A DNA stretch of 64,000 nt from Cenarchaeum sp. (GTDB lineage Archaea > Thermoproteota > Nitrososphaeria > Nitrososphaerales > Nitrosopumilaceae). The notes under the pieces were generated by a model. It was given only the letters and a program-made list of their open reading frames with translations, made no database searches and was not told the DNA's origin. Shown here one piece after another: positions 10,224-19,186 of this stretch. Every line of letters begins with the position of its first letter. The first letter of the stretch is position 1. A program made the position numbers and the translations under genes. The stretch covers positions 1-64,000 of the forward strand of contig OZ243037.1 of the NCBI GenBank assembly GCA_965212015.1, in the 5' to 3' direction.

Positions 10224-11033
10224 ATGGCCGTGTTACTGCGCCGGGGGGCGACTCTGATGGCGCTGGGCCTCGCCGGAATCGCCGTACTCTTTGCGGTGTA
10301 CGGGAGGTACCAGGATCCGCAGTTTGTGACGCCTGATGCGATCGACGACTTTCAAAGGATGGCAAGCGGGTTTTATGTGGCGCTGCTGCTGCTGTTTGGC
10401 GCAATCTCGTACGGCCTGTACAGGTACCACGAATCAAAGGCCAGGGGGCCAGCCGGCGGGCTCTTGTCGGTAATTGCGCAGGCCACGTGGAACCGCAGAT
10501 CGCGCAAGATATTCGCAGTCACGTTTGCGGTATATGGCGTGTTTTTTTCGCTGGTATCTGGCACCCTGGTGTACCAGCCGGAGGTGGTGTTTTCCTACCA
10601 TTACGGGGCCGACATTCCGTCGCTGCAGGTGATTCCCTGCTGTGACGCGCCAGGCTATATGCCAAAGATTCTGGTCTATCTGACAGAGCACGTGGGCCTG
10701 CAGATAATACCGGTCAACCTGGTGCTGCAGGTAATGGTGTCGTATCTGGTGGGCCTCAATGCCTCCATGGCGTCCGGCGCGTATGCGGTATCCCGGAAAA
10801 AGAGGGGCCTTGGCGGGGTCGGCGCCGTCACCGGACTGTTCGTTGCGTGCCCCACGTGCATGGGATCGTTTCTCTCAGTCTTTGTCGGGACCGCCAGCGG
10901 GATTGCGCTGACTGTGGCGCTGGTGCACCTACAGACGCTGTTTATAATAATGACGATTCCCGTGCTGGCCCTGACTCCGTTTGCGCTTGCAAGAAAACTG
11001 CAGGGCCCCGACGGCGCCTGCCTGCTCCGGTGA
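10224..11033 (+). CDS. membrane protein with CxxC motif
   Basis: About six TM segments, PCC and ACPTC motifs. Confidence 0.75.
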   Translation: MAVLLRRGATLMALGLAGIAVLFAVYGRYQDPQFVTPDAIDDFQRMASGFYVALLLLFGAISYGLYRYHESKARGPAGGLLSVIAQATWNRRSRKIFAVTFAVYGVFFSLVSGTLVYQPEVVFSYHYGADIPSLQVIPCCDAPGYMPKILVYLTEHVGLQIIPVNLVLQVMVSYLVGLNASMASGAYAVSRKKRGLGGVGAVTGLFVACPTCMGSFLSVFVGTASGIALTVALVHLQTLFIIMTIPVLALTPFALARKLQGPDGACLLR

Positions 11034-11078
11034 CTGGCGCACGCAAATTCTTAATTCCAAGCAGGATAATTCAGACGT

Positions 11079-12065
11079 GTGTCAAGATATTCCGGCCACT
11101 CGTCGTTTTTCCACGAAATCCTCACCAGGGGGAGCAAGTCCAACACGTACAAGTTTGCACTGGCGCGGTTTTTGCTGGACTATTCAAGAAAACTCGATCC
11201 CGAGTATATAGGGCGAAAACTGGAGCTGCGCGAGCAGGAGCGCATACCGTACACGGTGATTGCAAAATATTTTCTGCGATACTACTGGCACCAGGAGTGC
11301 AAGTTCAAGATAATACACAATTTTGAGCCGCAAAAGCCCCCGAACGTAATCAAGATCATACGGAGGGTCTTTGGAACCCAGTACATTCCAGAGTATTACG
11401 GGGACATGGACAGGCGCAAAGTCAGGCAGGCAGAAGAGGACATAGTCTGCGACGTCTTTGGGCGCGGGACGCGCGCACAGGTGGTGCCGAGGTTTCAGAA
11501 CATCCCGCGGGTCTCGCCGTCGAGGCCGTTTTACGATTACGACGACGAGGGGATTGCGCTGAATCCCGACGCACTTGAGGTCTTTTCTGAGAATTACAAC
11601 TGCCTGTTCAGGGCGACCATCCTGGAATGGTCGAGGTTTCTCGAAAAGATAAACACGCTGCCAAGAATCATCGCCAAGGTGGAAAGCGACAACATGGTGC
11701 GGCGGCCGCTTACGTCGTACAAAAAGACGTTCGGCGAGTTCTCAAAGTGCTTTTACTGCCCCAATACGCTGCGCTCCGGCGAGGTTCACGTGGATCATTT
11801 CATTCCGTGGTCGTACATGTTTGAGGACGAATCGTGGAATTTGGTGCTGGCATGCCGCAGCTGCAATCTGAAAAAAAGCGACATGCTTGCATCCGAGTCG
11901 TTCCTCGAGCGGCTGATTGCGCGCAACGACGAGTACAAGGACAACATTCAAAGGCTTGCAAAGTCGCTAGTCGAGCTGAGCCCGGAGGGAAGGTGGGCAT
12001 CTGAGATGCGCAGACACTACAAAAACTGCAAGGGATACGGGTTCCGGGAGGTGGTCCTGTCCTGA
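11079..12065 (+). CDS. HNH endonuclease with N-terminal TYKFAL domain
   Basis: CFYC...VDHFIPWS...WNLVLACRSCNLKKSD HNH/Zn motif; N-terminal NTYKFALAR. Confidence 0.9.
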   Translation: MSRYSGHSSFFHEILTRGSKSNTYKFALARFLLDYSRKLDPEYIGRKLELREQERIPYTVIAKYFLRYYWHQECKFKIIHNFEPQKPPNVIKIIRRVFGTQYIPEYYGDMDRRKVRQAEEDIVCDVFGRGTRAQVVPRFQNIPRVSPSRPFYDYDDEGIALNPDALEVFSENYNCLFRATILEWSRFLEKINTLPRIIAKVESDNMVRRPLTSYKKTFGEFSKCFYCPNTLRSGEVHVDHFIPWSYMFEDESWNLVLACRSCNLKKSDMLASESFLERLIARNDEYKDNIQRLAKSLVELSPEGRWASEMRRHYKNCKGYGFREVVLS

Positions 12066-12397
12066 CCATACACAACAAGGCAGTGCGCGACGGGATTCCA
12101 GAAATAATCAAAGCGTCCGGCAGGGCATGCGACGTGAAAAAACTCTCCGATTCAGAGTTTCTGCCCGAGCTTGAAAAAAAACTCGCCGAAGAGGCCGCCG
12201 AATACCTGAAGGACAGGTCAATAGACGAGCTGGCAGACATTATACAGGTAATCCACAGGATTCTGGAGCTCAGGGGCCTCACAAGGGAGGATCTGGAGGC
12301 GTTGCGGCTCGAAAAGCGCAAAAAACGCGGCGGCTTTGCCGGGAATTTGTTTCTGGTTGGAACATCGTGCAACCGGCAGTCTGAGGGCAACAATTAA
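12062..12397 (+). CDS. MazG-like nucleoside triphosphate pyrophosphohydrolase
   Basis: HNKAVRD.IPEII, KL.EEA.EY, DELADI.QV, KRKKRGGF family motifs; frame extends to a CTG at 12062 overlapping the HNH stop. Confidence 0.85.
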   Translation: MTIHNKAVRDGIPEIIKASGRACDVKKLSDSEFLPELEKKLAEEAAEYLKDRSIDELADIIQVIHRILELRGLTREDLEALRLEKRKKRGGFAGNLFLVGTSCNRQSEGNN

Positions 12398-12422
12398 ATC
12401 CGATCCTGAATCGGTGTCCCTT

Positions 12423-13796
12423 GTGGATACGAGGCCGGCATTTTTAATTCTGATGATTACGGCGGTGGCAGTGACGCCGGCAGCACTTGCGCTCCAGGGC
12501 GAGCTGCTCTCGCCCAAGCAGCAAATGGAAAACGGGATTGCGGCATCCGACGTGGTATGCCGGGAATCACTGCAGCTGATGATAAAGGGCGGCGGCGATG
12601 CCATATGCGTGTCTGAATCAACTGCGGCGAGGCTTGTCGAGTACGGCTATGCCATACTAGTTGACGTCTCTGAAATGACTGGGGAGATGGATGACAAACA
12701 CATGGACAAGGACGCAATGATGGACAAGGACGCAATGATGGACAAGGACGATGCGCACATGGACAAAGACGCGATGAAAGACAAGCACATGGACAAAGAC
12801 GCGATGAAAGACAAAAATGCGATGGACGAGCACATGATGGACAAGGACGCAATGTCTGTTGGCGGCATTGACGTGTCGATGGCGGCCCCGTTGGAGGGCT
12901 CTGCTGATGCGCCGATAACTGTGATCGAATTCGGCGACTTTCAGTGTCCAAAATGTGATCAATGGTTCCAAAATGAAAAACCCACCATTACTGCCGACTA
13001 TATCGAGACAGGGATTGCAAAATTATACTTTGTAGACTATCCGTTTTTGGGCGATGATTCTGACGCGGCGGCCAATGCGTCATACTGCGCCGACGATCAG
13101 GGGGCATACTGGGACTATCACTCGCACCTCTATAACAACCAGGCCGCGATTAACTCCGGATGGGCAAGCCCGGAGACGCTCAAAATTTACGCAATGTCGA
13201 TAGGACTTGATGGCGACATGTTTGCACAGTGCGTGGACTCTGGCGCGCATGCAGAACGGGTGGCGCACAACAAACAGGTAGGCGAGGCCAACGGCGTGAC
13301 TCGAACGCCCACGTTTTTCATTGTTGACTCGGCAGGAACCGTAAAGACGATCGAGGGCCCGCAGCCGGCCGCCGTCTTTGCCGGCGAGATTGACTCTTTG
13401 CTGGAGGACGCAGGCTCTGCCATGGAACAAAAGGCCAAAAGCACGGTCTCTGATGCCATCGAGCTGTACAAGGCAAAAAACGACGTGGCCTTTGAGGTGA
13501 TAAGCTCGGAATCCCTAAACCCGTTTGCAACGGAATTCTATACGTTTGTACTTGACTCTGGCGACTTTAGAGTCGTGGCACACGGCGCCAATCCGGATTT
13601 GGTCGGGGTTTTATCCTCCGACGTGGTAGAGTTTGACAGGTCCAACGAGCAGATCCTGGCGGATCTTGAGGCAGGCGACGGCACATGGACTGAATACCAG
13701 TTTGTAAACCCGGTCACCGAAAAAGTGCAGCAAAAGACATCGTGGCTTTCGCTGTATGACGGCTATGTCTTTGGCTCTGGATACTATTCCCCGTGA
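12423..13796 (+). CDS. secreted multidomain protein: SPKQQ/two-Cys module + MXKDX repeat + DsbA thioredoxin domain + Cache domain
   Basis: Signal peptide; EFGDFQCPKC and cis-Pro loop GVTRTPTF; C-terminal VAHG.NP.LVG...W.EY.F.NP...K.SW...GSGYY single Cache domain. Confidence 0.85.
   Translation: MDTRPAFLILMITAVAVTPAALALQGELLSPKQQMENGIAASDVVCRESLQLMIKGGGDAICVSESTAARLVEYGYAILVDVSEMTGEMDDKHMDKDAMMDKDAMMDKDDAHMDKDAMKDKHMDKDAMKDKNAMDEHMMDKDAMSVGGIDVSMAAPLEGSADAPITVIEFGDFQCPKCDQWFQNEKPTITADYIETGIAKLYFVDYPFLGDDSDAAANASYCADDQGAYWDYHSHLYNNQAAINSGWASPETLKIYAMSIGLDGDMFAQCVDSGAHAERVAHNKQVGEANGVTRTPTFFIVDSAGTVKTIEGPQPAAVFAGEIDSLLEDAGSAMEQKAKSTVSDAIELYKAKNDVAFEVISSESLNPFATEFYTFVLDSGDFRVVAHGANPDLVGVLSSDVVEFDRSNEQILADLEAGDGTWTEYQFVNPVTEKVQQKTSWLSLYDGYVFGSGYYSP
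12687..12854 (+). repeat. coding tandem repeats (18-bp ATGGACAAGGACGCAATG and ~30-bp units) encoding MDKDAM/MKDKH
   Basis: Directly visible repeat units. Confidence 0.9.
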
Positions 13797-13808
13797 CCCG
13801 AATCGAGC

Positions 13809-14189
13809 CTACAAGTCAGATACCATCTTTTTGATCTTGTTTATGATCCTGATTTTTGTAATTATGGACATTTCTGGCTCTATTGTAAAATAGACGGTGT
13901 GGTTTTTCGGATACACCACCATCTGGGTCACCTTTTCTCTCTCCACGTGCACATAGTGCACCTTTCCAAGGCTCCCGTCGAACTCGCGCCGCATACTGCG
14001 CCTTTCTGCCACCTGCCTGCAAAAGCACTCCTCGTCTTTTTGTGACTTGAGTGACGTCTTGCCGCTCTTCATTATGGCCTCAATTATGGCGCCTTTTTTG
14101 TCTATTATTGCGGCAAACCTCATCTGCGGATCTAGGTCTATAATGTCCTCTATCAGGTCCATCATGTTTTCGTTCTTATAGTATCCCAC
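13809..14189 (-). CDS. roadblock/longin-like thaumarchaeal protein
   Basis: MRFAAIID..G...; FD.SLG.V.YV.VER.KV pattern; paralog at 52777. Confidence 0.7.
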   Translation of the reverse strand: MGYYKNENMMDLIEDIIDLDPQMRFAAIIDKKGAIIEAIMKSGKTSLKSQKDEECFCRQVAERRSMRREFDGSLGKVHYVHVEREKVTQMVVYPKNHTVYFTIEPEMSIITKIRIINKIKKMVSDL

Positions 14190-14551
14190 GATTTAACGCT
14201 CAAAAAGGCAAATATAATTGATAAAGGCCGCCAGATATTCCGGCGCGCATCCGGTATCGGGGATAAACTTGACGCAGCTCGGTTTTATGCCGGGCCATCA
14301 TTCCCACCTGAGACGGCCACGTGCGAAATTCACGCCGCAGCGGCGGGCGCTGCCTCAAAGCCGCAAATATGTGCATCCTTGCACTGTTTGGCCTGAACGG
14401 GCCGCGCACCGGACGGGCTTTGAAATATTGCCGGTACTAAACAAGGGCGCCGGCTGCCAGCCGCGCCAAGAGGCCGCCTTTTGTCCAGTCCCCGAAAATA
14501 TTCCTTTACGGCGCCGCACTGAATCATATTAATAGTTGGGCGTATTTTCAG

Positions 14552-15007
14552 TTGTTTGATAACACGCAAATGGACAAGATTGATCAGAAAATTCTCAAAA
14601 ACCTCCTAGTCGACGCGCGGCTTTCGGCAAGACAGCTGTCGCTAAAGCTCGGAGTCTCCACAGTTACAGTGCTGTCCCGCATTAAAAAGCTGGAAAAGGC
14701 AAGGATAGTAAGGGGGTATTCGGCCCGGCTGGATCATGAAAAACTAGGCTTTGGCCTTACCGCACTAATCGAAGTCATTGCGAAAAAAGACAAGCTAATC
14801 GAGGTGGAAGGCGAGATATCGTCCATGGAAAACGTGTGCGCAGTATACGACGTGACGGGGACCACTGACACCATGATTGTTGCAAAGTTCAAGGACAGGA
14901 GGGATCTCAGCGCGTTTGTAAAAAGCCTCTCCCTGCTGCGCCACGTGGAGAATACCATAACGCACGTGGTGCTCAATACCGTCAAAGAGGACTTTAGGCT
15001 CAGCTGA
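14552..15007 (+). CDS. Lrp/AsnC family transcriptional regulator
   Basis: DKID.KIL..L..DARLS.R HTH; YDVTG..D RAM domain. Confidence 0.93.
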   Translation: MFDNTQMDKIDQKILKNLLVDARLSARQLSLKLGVSTVTVLSRIKKLEKARIVRGYSARLDHEKLGFGLTALIEVIAKKDKLIEVEGEISSMENVCAVYDVTGTTDTMIVAKFKDRRDLSAFVKSLSLLRHVENTITHVVLNTVKEDFRLS

Positions 15008-15021
15008 ACCGGTGGTGCAAG

Positions 15022-15504
15022 ATGACTGTTCCGTTCCTGCCATTGCCTGCATTTGCGCAAGAGCCCGGCCCCAGTGCGGAGGATCTCACGGTGCTCTTTG
15101 CCGTCGCAATCCTGTCCGTACTGGGGATAATACTCTATATCTGCCGCGAGATCATAATGCGCAAAAAGACAAGCTATGACAAGTCCACAGTAGAGTCGCA
15201 GCGCGACCGCGATTACGAGAAATACCATTCCGACTGGAGCGAGGAATCGGTCCACAAAAAACGCAGGGGGCCGGACGAATTTGCAGTACCGGACGGCGCG
15301 CCGGACTATTACGCCGTCCTCGGGGTGGCAAGGGATGCAAGCGGCGAGGAGATCAAGAGAAAGTACAGGGTGCTGGCAAAAAAGGTGCATCCGGACAGGA
15401 CGCAGGACCCGACATCAAAGGACGACATGGCAGAGATAAACATGGCCTACGAGGTGCTATCTGACAGTGCAAAAAGGCAGAGGTACGACAAATTCCTGGG
15501 CTAG
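15022..15504 (+). CDS. membrane-anchored DnaJ-domain protein
   Basis: TM helix and C-terminal J domain DYYAVLGV...HPD...AYEVLSD...R.RYD. Confidence 0.9.
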   Translation: MTVPFLPLPAFAQEPGPSAEDLTVLFAVAILSVLGIILYICREIIMRKKTSYDKSTVESQRDRDYEKYHSDWSEESVHKKRRGPDEFAVPDGAPDYYAVLGVARDASGEEIKRKYRVLAKKVHPDRTQDPTSKDDMAEINMAYEVLSDSAKRQRYDKFLG

Positions 15505-15851
15505 CTGGCGCCCACTATGGACAGGTTGATCTCGACGAACGACGAGCTCTCCATGCTGCTGGTAAGGTTTGTGTGGAGGCACACGCGCGTCTGTTTGCCG
15601 TCAATTACCGCCTCTGTCATTACCCTGACGTCGCCAAACTCGGCATTGGGGCCCAGCATCGCCTCAGATGCAAGTGCGACTGCCTGCCTGTCGCGCGTCC
15701 TGGCCCTCATCTGGAACGCACCTTCCGTTTTTCGCGCAGGTGTCCTGTAAATGACTACATCGTACAGCAAAAACGACATCTGGGCGAAATCAAGCGTGAA
15801 GCGCAGCCCGTCGTTTGCCTGCTCTGCAACGCATTCTATGACGCCCCTCAT
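15501..15851 (-). CDS. hypothetical protein
   Basis: 116-aa ORF convergent with the DnaJ gene, stops overlapping. Confidence 0.55.
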   Translation of the reverse strand: MRGVIECVAEQANDGLRFTLDFAQMSFLLYDVVIYRTPARKTEGAFQMRARTRDRQAVALASEAMLGPNAEFGDVRVMTEAVIDGKQTRVCLHTNLTSSMESSSFVEINLSIVGAS

Positions 15852-15963
15852 ACGCTGGCTCTGGCCTTGTAATTTATTGAATCTTGCGCACTTGATCGCG
15901 CGGGGGCCGACGCCTGACAGTCGGGGGCAACTTTAAAAAACCATATTTTGACTCTTACCCGTA

Positions 15964-17289
15964 TTGCAGCAGTTTGCCACGGTACACGCGCTACGCGACG
16001 AGATAATCGGCCTGATGGCCCGCCACAAGATGGACCAGGACTATTACGTGGAGATGCTCGACTATACCATAGACCTGTTTGAATCACAGGGGCTTGGAAC
16101 CGACTATTACGGATACCACAACATCAACCACGAGCTGGAGGTGACGTATGTGGTGCTGCTCTCTGCTGTGCACGAGCACGAGGCAGGCGACATTACGGAC
16201 GATGACGTAAGGTATCTGTTTGTGGCCGCGCTATTCCACGACTTTGACCCCCAAAAAAGCGTGGACAAGCCGCACGAGGAGAACGTGGTGCGCTTTATCG
16301 CCATGGACAAAAAACTGCGGGCCCTGCTAAAGGAGGCCAACATGGATCTGGCGATAATCATGTCGCTGATTCACAGGACCACCTATCCGTGGTCCGGCAG
16401 GCTAAAAGAGGACGCCGAAGAGAAGATCAGGCAGTGCTTTATGGGCCTAAAGGCGACTCAGAACAGCAAGGAGAGGCAGGATCACTATATGAGGCTGGGG
16501 TGGTATCTGTCAATCATAGACAGGATTGCCGGATATGCCACGGGGGATTTCCTAAAGGCCATGGCTATGTCAAAGATGAACGCGCACGCCCTTGGGTGGC
16601 ATCCCTCGCTGATAGTGCAGAGGGCCGTTGCGTATTTCGAGCAGCTGATAAACGAGGAAAGCGAAATGTGCCAGTGCGTTCTGCACTCGCTGCCAAAGCA
16701 GATGAGGAAAAACTTTATGAGCACCGTGCTGCAGTTTATGAAGCTGCGCCGGCACGAGGTCCAGCTTCACGCAGATTACGTGTACGAGAATTTGCGCGTG
16801 GTTCCGATTATAGAGAAAAACACCACCAGAAAAAAGCCCGAATTCGTCTCCACCCTCCTGTCGCTTTATGACGAGCTTCCAAGGCCGCTGCAGTTCTCAA
16901 GGGAAACGTTCAAAGAGTCGGTCCGGGATCCGGAAACGATACTCAACACCATGCGCGTGGGTGATGCGCGCGGCGAGATAGTCGGATACGCCAAGGGCGG
17001 GCCGCTAGAAAGATACGAGCTGCGCTCGGAGATACGTGATGAGAACTATGGGCTGAACAACACGGTCTTTCTGGAGCCGCTGGCCCTAAAGATGGGGTAC
17101 TGGGGGCTGCGCGGCGGCACGGAAATGAGAAACATGTTTACCATGCAGGCGCACGCAAAAAAATTCTCGTACCTTACCAGCTTTTCGCTGAGACACGTGA
17201 TAGAAAAGCGCGCCGACAGCTTTGAGAACGCAGAATTCGTAACAAAGTTTGATCCGGAAAGATGGGACTATTACAGAATAAAGCTGTGA
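15964..17289 (+). CDS. HD-domain protein with C-terminal GNAT-like region
   Basis: YHNINH...AALFHD...HE...D HD motifs; C-terminal IVGYAKG / YWGLRGGT acetyltransferase-like segment. Confidence 0.8.
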   Translation: MQQFATVHALRDEIIGLMARHKMDQDYYVEMLDYTIDLFESQGLGTDYYGYHNINHELEVTYVVLLSAVHEHEAGDITDDDVRYLFVAALFHDFDPQKSVDKPHEENVVRFIAMDKKLRALLKEANMDLAIIMSLIHRTTYPWSGRLKEDAEEKIRQCFMGLKATQNSKERQDHYMRLGWYLSIIDRIAGYATGDFLKAMAMSKMNAHALGWHPSLIVQRAVAYFEQLINEESEMCQCVLHSLPKQMRKNFMSTVLQFMKLRRHEVQLHADYVYENLRVVPIIEKNTTRKKPEFVSTLLSLYDELPRPLQFSRETFKESVRDPETILNTMRVGDARGEIVGYAKGGPLERYELRSEIRDENYGLNNTVFLEPLALKMGYWGLRGGTEMRNMFTMQAHAKKFSYLTSFSLRHVIEKRADSFENAEFVTKFDPERWDYYRIKL

Positions 17290-17323
17290 TGCGGCATGTG
17301 TGCAAGGCCGAGTGCACCGCGGC

Positions 17324-18598
17324 CTATACTGCTAGAAACTCAAACCTGCTCAGTATGAACAGAGCTGCAAAGCCCAGCAGAAACGCAATGCCGGCGCAGC
17401 CCAGCGCCTTTAGCCAGCGCGGTGGCTGGCTGTCCTTTTCCATGTATCTTCCCGTGACAAGCCTAAAGTTGAATATCGCAATTATCGGGGCGATCAAAAA
17501 CGAGACAATGATTGCAAAGTCGACTAGCTCCTTTAGCTTGTCGCCAAACTGCGAGAGTATCACAAGCGATCCCGCGGCGAGTGCCAGTATGAAAAACGCG
17601 TATCTCCTCTGGGACATCTCGTTTTTCGGGTTTTTCTCAAAGATCAGCTGCGTGGTCCTGTACAGCGAGCGCGAATAGCCGTCAAATATCGCAATTATCG
17701 TGCCAAACATCACGCTAAAGGCCGACGCGGAGATTATGAGGTTGCTCCACTGCCCGATTGACAGCGTGTACAGCTCGACTATCTTGCTTGCAAACAGCGA
17801 ATTGTTGTTTGGGAGCTCCTCGCCTGTGCCGTAAAAGATGTACGCGCCCAGTATTACAAACACTATCGAGAGTATGGCCGTGACCAGATACGCCGAGTTA
17901 AAGTCCAGCAGCGTCTCCCTCAGCAGGGGCTTGAACTTTGTCTGCCGTATCCTCTCCAGCGTCCACAGGCTGTGCCAGCTCGATATGTCGACTGGCAGGG
18001 GCATCCATCCCATCAGCGCAATGATAAACAGTATTCCGGCCCCGGTGAAAATCTCTGGTGCCTGAAAGTCTGCGGCCTGCCCTGCGGGCCCGTTCCACAG
18101 CACGATGACGAAGGCAAGCAGGGTGGAGACTATCAGGACTGCGCCGACAATCTTGATGAGGCCGTCTAGCACGGAGTACCTGCCGATGATCAGAATCACA
18201 GCGCAGATGCCAAACAAAATGATCACAGTCCAGATACCGAGAAACTCTACGTGCAGCAGGTTCTCAAAAAACCCGGCAGTCACAAAGCCCACTGCGGCGG
18301 TCACAAAAAACATAGAGGCAACGGTGATTGCAAAGTACAGCAGGATTGACTTTCTTCCCAGCCTCCTGTACCCGTCAATGAGGCTGGTTCCAGTGACGCT
18401 GCTGTACCTTGAGCTAAACTCAAAGAACGGGTATTTGAGCACGTTTGCCATCACCACAAAGCCTATCAGCATAAAGCCGAACTCTGCGCCGGCCCGGGTC
18501 GACTGCACCAGATGCGACACCCCGATGGCAGTCGACGCAAACAGGATTCCCGGCCCGAACGTCTTGAGGTACCGGCTGATATTTTCGTTCACGTGCAT
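17324..18598 (-). CDS. NRAMP-like divalent metal transporter
   Basis: GPGILFASTAIGVSH, E..SRY...TG.SL, ALMGWMP; ~11 TM segments. Confidence 0.85.
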   Translation of the reverse strand: MHVNENISRYLKTFGPGILFASTAIGVSHLVQSTRAGAEFGFMLIGFVVMANVLKYPFFEFSSRYSSVTGTSLIDGYRRLGRKSILLYFAITVASMFFVTAAVGFVTAGFFENLLHVEFLGIWTVIILFGICAVILIIGRYSVLDGLIKIVGAVLIVSTLLAFVIVLWNGPAGQAADFQAPEIFTGAGILFIIALMGWMPLPVDISSWHSLWTLERIRQTKFKPLLRETLLDFNSAYLVTAILSIVFVILGAYIFYGTGEELPNNNSLFASKIVELYTLSIGQWSNLIISASAFSVMFGTIIAIFDGYSRSLYRTTQLIFEKNPKNEMSQRRYAFFILALAAGSLVILSQFGDKLKELVDFAIIVSFLIAPIIAIFNFRLVTGRYMEKDSQPPRWLKALGCAGIAFLLGFAALFILSRFEFLAV

Positions 18599-18786
18599 GC
18601 CTGAAATCCGGCGGGTACAAATCTGTTGTGCCGGATTTTGGCCGTAAAACGGGCCGATTTTGCGCAAATGCCGCAAAAAAACGGCCCGGCTGCGCCTGAT
18701 ACGCGTGAAATTCAGATCCTATGTTTGCCATAAAGTAAATTTTTTTTCACAGAATTTCGCTAATAATACCTAATATCAGTAACCGT

Positions 18787-18930
18787 ATGACAATCGGCTA
18801 TTGTGTAAAATGTCGTGAAAAGAGGGAGATTCAGGGCGCCAGTCCTACGACTCTTAAAAACGGCAAGCCCGCAGTAAAGGGCAAGTGCGGAACGTGCAAT
18901 ACAAAGATGTTCAGAATAGGCAAACCCTGA
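18787..18930 (+). CDS. small zinc-ribbon protein (DUF5679-like)
   Basis: Manual translation MTIGYCVKCREKREIQGASPTTLKNGKPAVKGKCGTCNTKMFRIGKP; below the ORF-track cutoff; T-run downstream. Confidence 0.85.
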   Translation: MTIGYCVKCREKREIQGASPTTLKNGKPAVKGKCGTCNTKMFRIGKP

Positions 18931-19186
18931 GCATCAGTCCACTTTTTTCTGCGCCAAGTCCTTCGCCTGTTGTACGGCGGTTTGAATCCCTGCGGGGCCT
19001 GTTTTGGATTACTGGGTGCGGGTTTTGCATGCCGCCTGCTGATTGTACGATTATTCGGCAGTCAGATTGTGGGAATTTGCAGTAAATGCAATTATCCGGA
19101 CTGGCCGTCTCACAGGGATTCCTGCCATGTGTGGTTGCCTGGCATAAGGCCCGTGTGCGCCGGCCCGCAGAAGGTGCCGCATCAGA

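Noticed and set aside
14200-14540. RNase P or SRP RNA in a GC-rich intergenic gap
   Set aside because: The conserved GAGGAAAGUCC (RNase P) and SRP helix-8 motifs could not be found on either strand
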